64,000 bases of DNA from Haliotis cracherodii (taxonomy: Eukaryota): NCBI RefSeq assembly GCF_022045235.1, contig NW_027266343.1, forward strand, positions 32,984,001-33,048,000. Reading direction: 5' to 3'. This document shows positions 36,026-48,247 of this stretch, piece after piece; within the stretch, counting starts at the first letter, position 1, and every line of letters begins with the position of its first letter. Made by a program: the position numbers and the translations under genes. The notes below the pieces were generated by a model. The model searched no databases. It worked only from the letters and a program-made list of their open reading frames with translations, and was not told the DNA's origin.

Positions 36026-36519
36026 GTGTTTCGTGTGTTGCAATATCTAGTACAGATAAGTTGGTTTGTGTTCAGGAGTATAATTTGCGGTTGGGTAGCC
36101 AAGTGAAAGTGAAAGTAAAAGTGTTTGCACGAAAAACAAAAAACTCCGCCAGGTTTGACTGATTAGACGTGTATATATGAGAAGCCAATTCTTGTTACAC
36201 CCTGTGCTACGCGGAATATTGACCTACTCCTTCACATCCACCTACGACATCCACATGGACGCAGCCTACCAGCTTCAGCAGCAAACGGTTAACAATGCTG
36301 ATTAAGCGCAAAATCTACGCACTCGCCTTCACAGCTCCAGGTGGGAAGTGTGGTTCTGTCAGTCATCATCGTCATATTGCTGGAACATTGCAAATAGCGG
36401 TGTAAAACTATATGCACTCAGTGAGTCGTATATTCGTCAACGTTGTGAAACATGGGGCAGGATACGCTCACGTTTTCGGGAACACCTGTCATAACTATTA
36501 TATAGGGATTCATAGCATA

Positions 36520-36669
36520 CAAGGCCGTAGTTAACTTTTTTTGACAGGGGCGGGGGGGTGCAAATATTTGTATAAGTATCAAGTTCAAGTTAACTTTCAC
36601 AAGGAAAAATGTTTTCTATAAAAAAAATCCGGGGGGGAGGGGGGGGGAGGGCTGCTGGCTACGGCCCTG
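36520..36669. mobile_element. Small G-rich MITE (Harbinger-like termini)
   Basis: Termini CAAGGCCGTAG ... CTACGGCCCTG enclose G-runs. Confidence 0.5.
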
Positions 36670-38586
36670 GCATATGCTTGTGGTACAGTCGGAATCGTGC
36701 AATAAACTTTGCTTTAAGCTTAGATCTTATAATTATGGAGTTTGGGCGCTTACATCAGAGACATATCGATACGTGCGTTTTTTTTAAAAAGTCATGACAT
36801 TAGCCCTTCACAATATTAAAGGTGTTTCTTTTTTTACCTGAGGATGAACACATAACTCTGATATTTTACGGTAATTCTTGGAATATGATCTTTTATAATA
36901 CCCAATTATAGGGTTCAAAGGTCACATTGGTTCAATTACAAGGCTATTTTGCTTAAAAGGGTTGGTGCTGACATATATGTAAAATGTATATCTATCATGG
37001 TATACACTGTTATTTGCTGGGCGTTTAAGGCAGACATTGCGTACAGTGTACATCAACGGCGTGGCTGTTTGTCCCTCATCAGGGGGCGCTGATAGTAGTG
37101 TCAGTTAGGGTATCGACTCCGTTATTTATGTCCATACGCTGAGGTTGTGTAAATTTAAAACACGGAATAAGTTTCGTATGAATGATATTTGTTTTCATAA
37201 AATCATTTGAGCAATTTATAATAACACCAAACGTATATTATTAAAGGTGGTGCACGTGTTTTTTTGAAACCGTAGAATTTGAAATTCATAGGTCACGTAT
37301 GACTGATATTGTTTTTTATAAACATATGAATTACATGCATATAGTTATATTCCAGCTGCTTTATGTTTTGTCAAATAATGTGCTTGGTGGGTTTTTTTTC
37401 TGTTCGCTGTTTAATAAATAATACATTAGCCAAATCCAACTATTTTAACATGAACAATTATATTTTATTTTGTGCTTTTGGTTTTTGGACCAAAACATAA
37501 TGTAAGTATTAGCCTAGAAATAAATTGATAGTAATCTATGTTTTTATCAAAAGAGAGAAATCATTATCGTCTCTCTTTAAGCGCATGGGCATAACAGAAA
37601 TGTTTCTCCGAAAAAGATAAACGAGACATTTGGATGGTGTGCCGAATTTAAATATTTACAAAGCGTATTAAACCATATGCCAGTTTTGAAGTCGTCTCTT
37701 TGACTTTTAACCTCTACAGGAGGTAACTCCGTGCATAAGACACTAATTTATTATAAATCACGGCAATGTTTAGCCACTACATGTTTAGCTCAATGTCTCT
37801 GACTTTATCACAGTTGAAAGAATAACAAACTCCCGTCGCACGCTACTAAATCACCCGAAGATTACAAATCTAGACCCAGTGTAGCTAACAGTTGAATATC
37901 ACATTCACTTAGCTTATTACTTGTTATTTTGGAGAATTATTTTTACCATATCTTTCTTGGCCTACATCAGAAACGGGGGTCGGTATGCTCGTGCGTTCGC
38001 GCATATCAGCAGAAACGCCATGTCAGGAGGAGGTTGATCAAATTGAAAGAGGAAGAAGAGAATGCTGCAGCTATAATCAGATGGTTAGACGCAGATGCTC
38101 AACTTTTTTTCTTTCTTTCATTCTTGTGACAAATGCCAATTACGAGGCGGTAGACCTTGGACTAACATTGTTACATCTGCATCCCGACGCCAGGTTTCTT
38201 CGTGTTGAAAATAGATAATGACAAAATGATACGAGCTAACGATAACCCCTCATAACTAGCTTGTTGAGTCACTGTATCGTACCTTCTATTTGAAATCCTG
38301 TTTTCAATAATTACTGATGAATATTTTGAAGAATGTAATAGTAACGTTATCCCCAGAAATACAATAAAAACACATGGCAAATATGGCAAATATGTGAATA
38401 GTTATGTCTCTTTGGCAAATAGACGACAGTGGAAAGTGCTCGTTAATACAAACTGCCCATTTACTTATCATTTTCTTATCATCATTTGGTTTACCTCATT
38501 CGTACCGCGAGCCAATCTGATGTTTCCAAATTGTCTTATGTGCTATGCTGTCCTAATAGTGCAAAAGTACATGTATCCAAAACAGC

Positions 38587-38587
<1 letters not shown>

Positions 38588-38622
<35 letters not shown>

Positions 38623-38656
38623 CAACAACAATAATACTACTAATAATGATAATAAT
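38588..38656. repeat. (TAA)n/(CAA)n microsatellite
   Basis: Direct reading. Confidence 0.93.
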
Positions 38657-40119
38657 GGTTGTGGTTACTACATTACATTATCGTTTGTTGTTATTGTTAT
38701 TGTTTTCGTTTATGCATCTTGTCGACTGATACCACGATGCATTTGTAAGCTAACGTTATAATTTAGATGTATAAATTTTCTTAAATTCTTTGTACAATAC
38801 TCTTTAAACAAGTTTTGAAAAATATATTGACCACGATACCCAAATACTCCATACCTTTTATCCAGCTCCTACCAACATATGAATCATAACAAAACATGAT
38901 ATAGTTCACATGTGCATGAAATCGTCAAGGTGTACCTGTAACATCATTGAAGCGACCGTATATGCCTGTCAAACTACATTACTGCCCGTTGTGCTGCGTC
39001 GCAAAGGCACCGCCTGGCTCCACCACGTAGAACCAGTCCCCCGTGTACCTCTTCACGATTTCACGCCGTTCTGTGTACACGTCGTGCCAAATTACCCATA
39101 GGAAAACACTGTCGTCATTACCGCTATTTAAAAACTTATTAGCTCAACCAAACCACCCTGTCTTTGTAAGCGTGGCTACTTAACCCGTCCCCCCATTCTC
39201 TTCTCCTTAAAACGAGTCCTGCCACATCACAGGTAAAAGATTTGTTCAGGTGCGCGAGACACTCTCACCGCCAGCGTGAGATGCACGAGATTGGTGACGT
39301 CATCACCTTTAATGCTGCCACTTCCAATTGTTAGAGAAAATTCCGGTTTAATTGTGTGTCTTCTGTGGTCTTCATACGAGCTGGGTTTACTTAGGTTTCT
39401 ATACTAAATCAACACGCGGTGTAAGACAGGGACGATTAGTGTTGTGGGCAAGACGGGGAGGGCAAACAGTCGAAAACGGGCTCTGGTACAGATGACAAGC
39501 ACGAGCTGCACGTGCACCCAGTGACACCTAGCGGCAGCCACAGAAGACAGGCCAGGTGTACATGTAACCCATTAGCAAGGATGTGCTGTAATTAGGCAAA
39601 GACACCATCAATGGGGACATAATCTTCCCGTCCTTTCAGCAAGAAGAAGTCCCTACTCACATATCTATATCACTCGCGTGTAACTTTGAAATGCTCTTTA
39701 ATGGGGAAATAGCTACTTCTTATGTACCTGTGACTGAAGACAGGTAATCCCCATCTAAGTTCACAGTCGCTCAAAGTTGCAATATTTTGTCGCGTTGAGC
39801 TTCGATGAAGGGATGGAGCGTTGTGGAGATTTGGATGTCTTTTATTCCTGAACCTTATTAAGACCAACTCTGTATCGCCATAGAAGTCACAATAGCATAT
39901 ACGGCTGAAAATATGTACCAAATTCTATTGAGTGATTTTTGTCTCTGTCCTTAAAGATATTGTTGATGAATAAGTTAGTTGGTATCTGGTTAGTTTTTGT
40001 GCCCACGACACCTTGTCACTCATAGTGTGATTCGTGCTCAGTGATAAGTAGATTTTTATTATATAAACTTTACTTACATGGTCATTAATATTCTACTTTT
40101 TTTAAAAACCGCCTTCTAT

Positions 40120-40465
40120 GACCGCCTCCGTGGTCTAGAGGTAGAGCGTCCGCCCGGGGAGCGGAAGGTCCGGGGTTCGACACCCGGCCGAGTCATACCA
40201 AGAGACATTAAAAGATAGTACCCTGTCTGGCGCTCGACTAAAACACGGACTTTCCGGTTCGGAATCAGCATACTGTGTCTGAGTGGGTTATTAATGTTAA
40301 ACTGCGACATGATATCGCAGTGGACAAGCACTATAAAATCGGCATAAGTCGGCATTAGTACGGACTAGATAGTACAAGCAGCCACACCCACCCACACGTG
40401 CATGCATATCGCTGTATTAGGGCAATAATCTTTGAACCCACGTTAAACCCCATTTCATCTTACCT
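40120..40465 (+). mobile_element. SINE family D
   Basis: Head CCGCCTCCGTGGTCTAGAGGTAGAGCG...GGTTCGACACC; body homologous to 22871-23230. Confidence 0.75.
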
Positions 40466-40534
40466 CCAATAATAGTAACATTTAGACATTCTTTTAATCT
40501 TTAATATAGGATGAATATTGATTCCTATATATAT

Positions 40535-40688
40535 AGGGGGCCGTCGGGTAGTCTAGTGGTTAAAGCGTTCACTTGTCACGTCGAAGACCCGGGTTCGATT
40601 CCCGACATGGGTAGAATGTGTGAGGCCCATTTGTCGTGTCCCCCGCTGTAATATTGCTAAAAGCGGCATAAATCGAACCCACTCACTC
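40535..40688 (+). mobile_element. SINE family B
   Basis: Homologous to family B; flanked by TCCTATAT direct repeats. Confidence 0.85.
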
Positions 40689-41149
40689 CTATATTTAGTG
40701 TACACAAGCTAAACCAATTATATTATTATAATTGTATGAAGGATTCTTCAAAACATAATATAACAATTAATATAATAAAATATATAAAAATATAAACTAA
40801 TTAAACACTACATGAATAGATGTCTGAAAATCAGTGGAGACAACTAGAGTTCGCGAAAAGAGTAAGCATGGCCCGTACTGTTTATACAATAGACGACATG
40901 TGTAATTTCGACCCTGACCAAAAATTTAAAATGAATGCTCTTCATTTTGGTTGGGATAGAATTGTGTGTACTTAGCATGTAAATGCACTGTACAAGCTTT
41001 CAATCTCGTGTATGACAGATTTCTGTCTGTACATAATTGCATTGTAACATGTTGCCAGTGTTGAATATAATTGTATGGTGCATGGTTTATATCTTGTATA
41101 TCACAGACTATGTGTCTATTTCAATTGATTGGATAATGGCTATTTTCAG

Positions 41150-41230
41150 GTGAAAGTATGGTTCCAGAACAGGCGGACGAAACACAAGCGTCTGACGGGG
41201 GACGACATCCAAGGGCGGGGGATGCCTTAA
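41150..41230 (+). CDS. Emx: Emx-like homeobox gene, exon 3 (recognition helix and short C-tail)
   Basis: Acceptor tattttcAG then GTG AAA GTA TGG TTC CAG AAC AGG CGG ACG AAA CAC AAG CGT..., giving VKVWFQNRRTKHKRLTGDDIQGRGMP*. Phase 0 matches exon 2. AATAAA at about 41450 and 41485. This frame is absent from the ORF track. Confidence 0.92.
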   Translation: MKVWFQNRRTKHKRLTGDDIQGRGMP

Positions 41231-41532
41231 CATATGGCGTCTTCATGCCAGACATATCAACACAGAGAACCGGAACTCCGTCATACTCAGGGATTGTGAA
41301 GAAGACTTGTACAGATGGGCCAGGCCATGAACCATGTGTCGTATGTGTATAGAAGAACACAAGACCCGGGACGGAGGCAAACGAGAGACGCGTATGTGCA
41401 TGGACATATAAATGTTGAAACAAATCAATTTATATTATGTTTCTAATTTAATAAACGAAATTAGTTGCGTTTAGATTTGATCACAATAAATTTACCATTA
41501 TGGAATATTTTCTAACCTGATGTCGTGTTTTA

Positions 41533-41785
41533 TGGGGGCACGGGTGGCGGGTGGCGCCGCGATTCGCTGTGCAGAGTTGCGTCCCTTGGGCACGCTAGAA
41601 ACCTATGATTGTGGTTTCGAATCCCGGTTCGCCCCGATTATGTTTCTAGGTTTGTCAGCACCATACCCGTGCTCGTGGGTTCGACCGAAGTGGCTTTCCT
41701 CCCACATTAAGCTGACACGCCGCGATATAACTGGAATACTGTTAAAAGCGGCGTTAAACCCAACTCACTCACTCACTCACTCACT
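41533..41785 (+). mobile_element. SINE family A with internal deletions
   Basis: Homologous to family A; (ACTC)n tail. Confidence 0.85.
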
Positions 41786-42669
41786 AGTGTGATTTGTAAC
41801 TATGGTAAAGATTCTTTTGGCCGTCTGTTTATTCAAACACTGGTATCTATACCACATATGCTAAGATTTTACTAAGATAAAGTTTTGAAGCTACATGTAA
41901 TTGAACCACTTTATCACATCTAAGATATACAGGCATGGAAATTTAAAAATACGAATGAAATATTTTGTTAACAGTAGTGACTGAATGTTATTTTATTCAG
42001 CAATGTTCCAGCTGTCACACCGGCCTGTAGATATTTGAGCTCCGAACCAGTGGTTGATAGCATGAACACCGACCCACGCCGTCAGGTTAAGATACATCAG
42101 CCTGGACCCACATACACAGAGCGATCATAGCACTATGGCTGTCGTAAATCCATGTCAAAGTATAGGAGTTACGATAATCGTAACGCTAAGATAGCTTTGT
42201 GGAAGTAGTCCCTGGTTGACATTATAACACCTAATCCTAGTAAGACGATTCGTACTCCATGTACGATATACTGGATACCGTCTCTATCCTGGAATATCCA
42301 CGGAGTTATAGAGGATAGTGTCAAAGCCATTGTACTTCAATATAGGTTTGGCAGAATGGCCTACTTATCTTGGAGATGCGTTTCCTCCACAGGAAGGAAA
42401 CGGGCATATTTAAACACCTTCGCACCCAGAAGAAGGAAAGTTACGAACCTGAAATCGATGATGCGTGTGTCCCATTTGCATTTCAAGTATATTTTAATTC
42501 TTTTTTCCGTAAATCAACACCCCATCCTTGTACCGTTCTTCCTTGAAGTTCAACATTTTTTTATAACAAAAACTATATTGTTTACTTAGGGAAAGTATCA
42601 GGGAACATTTGACAATGGTGAAAAAACATCCATCTCTTCCGGCGTTTGCGGAAGTCACGTGTTAGGGCA

Positions 42670-42933
42670 TCCGTGAAGATCCGGGGTAGAATAGGTCTTC
42701 AGCAACCCATGCTTGCCTTTAAAGACGACTATCCTTGTCGTAAGAGGCGACTAACGAGATCGGGTGGTCAGACTGACTGACTTGGTTGATGCATGTCATC
42801 GTATCCCCATTTGCATGGATCGATGCTCATGATGTCAATCACATGATTGTCTGGCCCAGGCTCGATTATTTACAGACCGCCGTCATATAGCTGGAATAGT
42901 ACTGAGTGCGGCGTCAAACAACAAACAAACAAA
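42670..42933 (+). mobile_element. SINE-like family C
   Basis: Runs from CCGTGAAGATCCGGGGTAGAATAGGTCTTC... to a (CAAA)n tail. Confidence 0.85.
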
Positions 42934-43844
42934 CATGTGTTACGGCATACACCAGTTACTGGAAGGCAGGTTCCTGTCGGTTAGACCACAACCTTTCACT
43001 GTTTCACCACTCTCGATTTCAAGCTGTTTGTTTGTCATGCATCATATGCCAAAAACGCAGAGACAAAACACCAACGATTAAAGATTTACCGATTGGGATA
43101 AGCTCTACATTGGTCGAGGATCCTTATTCCCCGCATCGTATAGGCATTGATCCCATGACACTTCATCTCACCTAACACGTGCACCATCTTCCCAAACTCC
43201 GAGTTGGTATACTCTGCAACATGATAGTTTATTTTGACCCACAGTCTTAACTCAGATCAATTTGGAACATGCCACGGCTGAAAGTGCACGATTTATCAAG
43301 CGATGTGGATAGGGTTACTTCTGTCAACAAGGAAAGTGTCCGCGATGGGGTAATCGGAATTATGCCAACAAACAGACACTTGACTCCAGGCCCAATACAC
43401 CGGGACACCGAAGGCATGCGTCAGAGAGATTCAGCAAACATCGACAGCAGCAGGAGAGACACAGACCGTACACGTCTCTGTTATGCACGTTTCTCCCACA
43501 ATTTGATCTGCCAATAGCAACAAGATATGGGGTGTGACTACCCAAGCCGCCCCACCCTACGTAATACTGTAATACCTTATTGCTTAAGAAACGGCTGGAA
43601 TGAGGGGGTCAATAGAAGGTGTCGCTACGCCTTTAATCCATCACTTCATCTTTTCTTAGCTGATATAACTCTGTACAACTCTTATGGATGACTAAGGACT
43701 ACGATCTTCACCCTTCTCTTTGCTTGTTCACTAATCTCCTGTGATTTCTCCCGTCTACCTAGACTGTAGGTTTGTTACTAAACGTGGTTCAGAGGTTCAA
43801 GACAATGTAACAAAAACTAAAGCTGATGTCGTCAGACGTTTACT

Positions 43845-44016
43845 GTGAGTGAGTTAGTAATACTATGGTTTTACGCCGCTTTTAGCAATATTCCAGCAAT
43901 ATCACGGCGGGGGACACCAGAAATGGGCTTCACACATTGTACCCATGTCGGGAATGGAACCCGGGTCTTCGGCGTGACGAGCGAACGCTTCAACCACTAG
44001 GCTACCCGACCGACTC
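43845..44016 (-). mobile_element. SINE family B with TSD
   Basis: TSD CAGACGTTTA at 43833-43842 and 44017-44026. Confidence 0.9.
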
Positions 44017-44037
44017 CAGACGTTTAAATATGTGAAA

Positions 44038-44795
44038 TTCATGTGGAATGTGGGGATTGAACTTTTAGGCAAGCTGTAAGCATCCCCCTGGGCACTAAAT
44101 CCGCTGCTCTCGTTGCAGATCTGTTTCTTTTATGTATCCGAGTTTGAATTTGTTCTCGGATTGGCAAAATCGAAACGAGGCAGTTTGGCAAAGGCATTTA
44201 ATTTAAACTTCAGTTATTTCGATGATCTGATATCCTTCAATATTGGTCAAATAGCCAATTCCCTTCCACTGATTTACCCACCTGAGCTAGAACAATTGGA
44301 GGCCGGTGGTGACGCCTGATTTGTTTCATATTTAGACCTTTGCATAAAGATTCAGAGTGGCAAACAATTCCACAGGACTGTATGACACAAGGGATGACTT
44401 CAACCTTCCAATAGTCATCTTGCCTTTTATGTCAAGCAGTATTGCAGCAGCTCCAGCCTTTGGCGTTTACATTCCACAAATTTTGAGGTACAAGCGAGCG
44501 ACGATTTCAAAGAGCGTTATACGACTCACTTCATGCTCAAAGGATCAGGGTTAGAACAATGACCACCACAGTAAAAATATTAAATGGTGGACATATGGAA
44601 GACATTTCCAAATTTGAAGCGGCAGTGACCAAAATGATGTCACAAGCAATTCCCTTTTTTGACTTGTAGCATAATGTTCCCTTGGTTTTTTAGGTGAAAC
44701 ATTTACTTGCCTTTGCATATGATTGTGTGACGGGTACCAACGATGGGACAGGCTATGCTCATCTTTTCGTGAACAATTGTATCATCACCCTTTGA
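44038..44795 (+). mobile_element. Degenerate Penelope-like element reverse transcriptase fragment and 3' region
   Basis: Across frameshifts it reads IHVECGD*TFRQAVSIPLGTKSAALVADLF...FNLNFSYFDDLISFN...LIYPPELE...SYLDL...LYDTRDDFNLPIV.LPFMSSSI.AAPAFGVYIPQILRY.RA. These match PLE RT motifs (GIPMG, YxDD, YDKRDDF, thumb). Confidence 0.8.
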
Positions 44796-45184
44796 GATAA
44801 ACATAAACACATGCTTATGTTATAGTCGGACTGTGCTTTCAGCAGAGATTTCTATGATTATGGAAAGGGTTTTGTCGCTTTTAATTTCAGTTCTAGTTCT
44901 TTTCTCTACGTTACGTTCTCAACGTTACTCTAGTTCTCTAAGTTTCTCTTCCTGTTGTTCTAAACTCTTCTTCTCGACTCAAGTTCTCATGAAACGTTTC
45001 CCTTCTCTGTTTCTCAACTTGTGAAGAAGCCAAATGATTGGTCGAATTCCATCTTGGGAAGCCCGTTTCGGTTTTTAAAGTGGTCATATATCTAACTTAC
45101 TGGAAGCCCCAGCTCTGTAACCACAATTCATGATTCTTATCTTGTTTTCAATTTACCTCTTGTCTATCTTCTCTTCTGTAATTC

Positions 45185-45450
45185 TCAACACAACTCTACT
45201 TCTCAACTTTTCCTTTTGTACACTACTCTTCTCCTCTCCTGTACTTCTCTACACTACTCTTCTCCTCTCCTGTACTTTTCTAAACTACTCTTCTCCTCTC
45301 CTGTACTTCTCTACACTACTCTTCTCCTCTCCTGTACTTTTCTAAACTACTCTTCTCCTCTCCTGTACTTCTCTACACTACTCTTCTCCTCTCCTGTACT
45401 TTTCTACACTACTCTTCTCCTCTCAAGTACTTCTCTACACTACTCCTCTC
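45185..45450. repeat. 31-bp pyrimidine-rich minisatellite
   Basis: Unit ACTACTCTTCTCCTCTCCTGTACTT(C/T)TCTA(C/A), about 8 units with alternating variants. Confidence 0.9.
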
Positions 45451-46614
45451 TCATTTTTCCCTTATCTCTCATCAACTACATGCTATATCATCACTGTGAC
45501 ACCATTGATAATACTGATATATGCGTGTGCCATATTTTCAAATTATGCCCTCATTTTCTATGAATTGTTTCCTTCTCACATGACAGGGATCGAACGAACG
45601 CCGTTGATTTTTTTCTTGATATTTCATCCTCATCGGATTTTTTCTGTCTAAAAACACTTTTGAGATATCAATTTCTATCAGACTCCAATTACTAATCTGT
45701 TTCCCTCTTCCCAAGCGATTGACCAATCACCTTGCTATTTGACGTTGATAGGCCACTATGAGGGTAAATATAACATAGATTTAGAAACAACAAAAAATCT
45801 ATTCGTTTACACCTGCACTACACCTGTTCAGGAAAACAAAGTTCCGTCATCTTCCCGAACTAAAATGCGTATCCCTCACGACGTGGGGCGACATTGACGG
45901 CCGTGTACATTACTCTTCGATGAAGGGGATTATCTCCCCTGTCAACACTATCTACGACCGTGGAGAGCTAAACAAACCTTTTTTTCAACAATATTACGAC
46001 TTGTGTTTCACAGTGTTGCTTATGGTGACATAATCGTTGCCTGGCACCAACAATTTGCAAGTGATGATGTGCCTTTAGCCACTTCATCAACACCTGGTAG
46101 GAAGGTGTATATGTAGTATACATACAAGAACCCTATTTGACTATGGATGAAGCACACATTCCTCATATCAGTTTTCAACAGTATACAACGCTAAACGTAT
46201 CTACAAACATATTTTCACCTATCAATTTTAGCTCAGGATCGAACACGCCTAAAACAGCTGCAGTTTCAAGTGGGGATGCAGTCATGAATATTCCTGTTCT
46301 ATGTAACACTTGTATGACGTTGCAGAAAGGACAAATGTCATCTTTTGAATCGCTTAACTTCGATATTTTCCTGTCCTTATGTAATACAACTCTACAGTTT
46401 CCCTTCAAAGTAATGAGTAAATGTTATCTTCATTACAGATGGGAAATAGAGACCCATCCGTTTATGCAGGTGTAAACAAAGTGTTTACAGAGGGCTTGTG
46501 GTAGTTTACGGTGTTACGCCTTGATACAACTCAACGTACACCCTGCTACTGGGCCAATGAAAACATGGACAGAAAGAAAGACGATTTTTATCAATCCATA
46601 CATACAACAGCAGA

Positions 46615-46784
46615 GTGAGTGAGTGAGTGAGTATGGTTTTACGCCGCTTTTAGCAATATTCCAGCAATATCACGGCGGGGGACACCAGAAATGGGCTTCA
46701 CACATTGTACCCATGTCGGGAATCGAACCCGGGTCTTCGGCGTGACGAGCGAACGCTTTAACCACTAGGCTACCCGACCGCCCC
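46615..46784 (-). mobile_element. SINE family B, intact young copy
   Basis: TSD TACAACAGCAGA at 46603-46614 and 46785-46796. Confidence 0.92.
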
Positions 46785-46961
46785 TACAACAGCAGAATGA
46801 GATGAAGCAGGGGAGTTTTTTTTTTATTATATTTTTTATTATCATATGTCGCATGACGAATAAAGAAGACAGCTATATAGTGATGCAACGCGAAGCTTAG
46901 TTGCAGGGATGATTTATGTCGTTAAAAATAAATTGAAAACACAACCAGGTGATCGGGCGTT

Positions 46962-47221
46962 CTTTGTTTGTTGTTTAACGCCGCACTCAGCAATATTCCA
47001 GCTATATTACGGCGGTCTGTAAATAATCGGGTCTGGACCAGACAATCCAGTGATGGGCATCATGGGCATCGATTCACGCAGTTGGGATACGATGACATGC
47101 ATCAACCAAGTCCGCGAGCCTGACCACCCGATCTCGTTAGTCGCCTCTTACGACAAGCATAGTCGCTTTTTATGGCAAGCATGGGTTGCTGAAGACTTAT
47201 TCTACCCCCGATCTTCACGGA
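46962..47221 (-). mobile_element. SINE-like family C
   Basis: Homologous to family C. Confidence 0.85.
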
Positions 47222-47254
47222 TCAAAACGACGTACATATACGAGTGTTTCTGCT

Positions 47255-47480
47255 TTTACTGAGGCCCGTTAATAATGCCAGCACACGGAGATACCATGCC
47301 GCAGTTGAACATGGATACCTTACTAAGACACAGCATACTGACTCCGAGCCGACCAGTCCTTGTCTTATCGCCAGGCAGGGAAACAACAAGTTCCATCTTT
47401 TAAGTTTACGTCTTTTGGTATGACGCGATCGGGGATCGAACCACCGACCTACCGTCCTCCGGTCAGACGCTCTATCTGCA
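47255..47480 (-). mobile_element. SINE family D, partial
   Basis: Homologous to family D. Confidence 0.7.
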
Positions 47481-48074
47481 CTTTGAAATGCTATTGCAAT
47501 CAAACTCAGACGTTCGATACACCTAGAAAATTTCTGAAGAGTTTATTCTTATTCTTTGAAGCATACCTAGTTTAAATTCATGCGTTACTGAACAGCTAAA
47601 AGTTGGATATGATGCGCTATATAAATTGTTATCTAGGTCTTACGAAAACGAGCGAAATGTATCCAGATTAACCAAAGCGCGACAATGCGACATTTTGACC
47701 ATTTGTCGCATTGTATCATTGCCGCGCTTTGAATGGTATTCTATTTTAACCAAAGGACCACAATGTCCCTTCTAAGATTCCATAGTTGCCACTGTTGATT
47801 TGGCCAGGGATTTATACAGGCTATCACACTGCTTCAAGCGGAAGGCTTGTAGCGTAATACTCATGTGTGTACATGAAGTATTACAACTACTCGTACTGTT
47901 ATTACTGTTATTGTCATTATATAATTGGTTTTGTAAATAACAATTTACAATTAAAAAATAATAATTAAACAATCATATAAACAACATTCATGCTATACCT
48001 CTCACACAATTTCTTATTCTTAACCATTCGAATGTATGGAAACCGTTCCGAGCTTTTACCTTTAGTCCACATTA

Positions 48075-48247
48075 NNNNNNNNNNNNNNNNNNNNNNNNNN
48101 NNNNNNNNNNNNNNNNNNNNNNNNNNNNNNNNNNNNNNNNNNNNNNNNNNNNNNNNNNNNNNNNNNNNNNNNNNNNNNNNNNNNNNNNNNNNNNNNNNNN
48201 NNNNNNNNNNNNNNNNNNNNNNNNNNNNNNNNNNNNNNNNNNNNNNN
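48075..48247. other. Assembly gap (173 N)
   Basis: Run of N. Confidence 1.

Noticed and set aside
294-41230. Methyltransferase, glycosyltransferase and Emx as a functional gene cluster
   Set aside because: Same-strand adjacency alone is no evidence of a shared pathway in an animal genome; conserved synteny or co-expression would be needed.
46175-46408. ORF with CPFC resembling the zinc-knuckle end of an L1/Tx1 retroelement
   Set aside because: Only one short motif is present, without the downstream H/C spacing; too weak to call.
46700-46784. tRNA-Asp-like and tRNA-Leu-like sequences as genuine tRNA genes
   Set aside because: They continue into SINE bodies and tails with TSDs and lack a proper cloverleaf and terminator.
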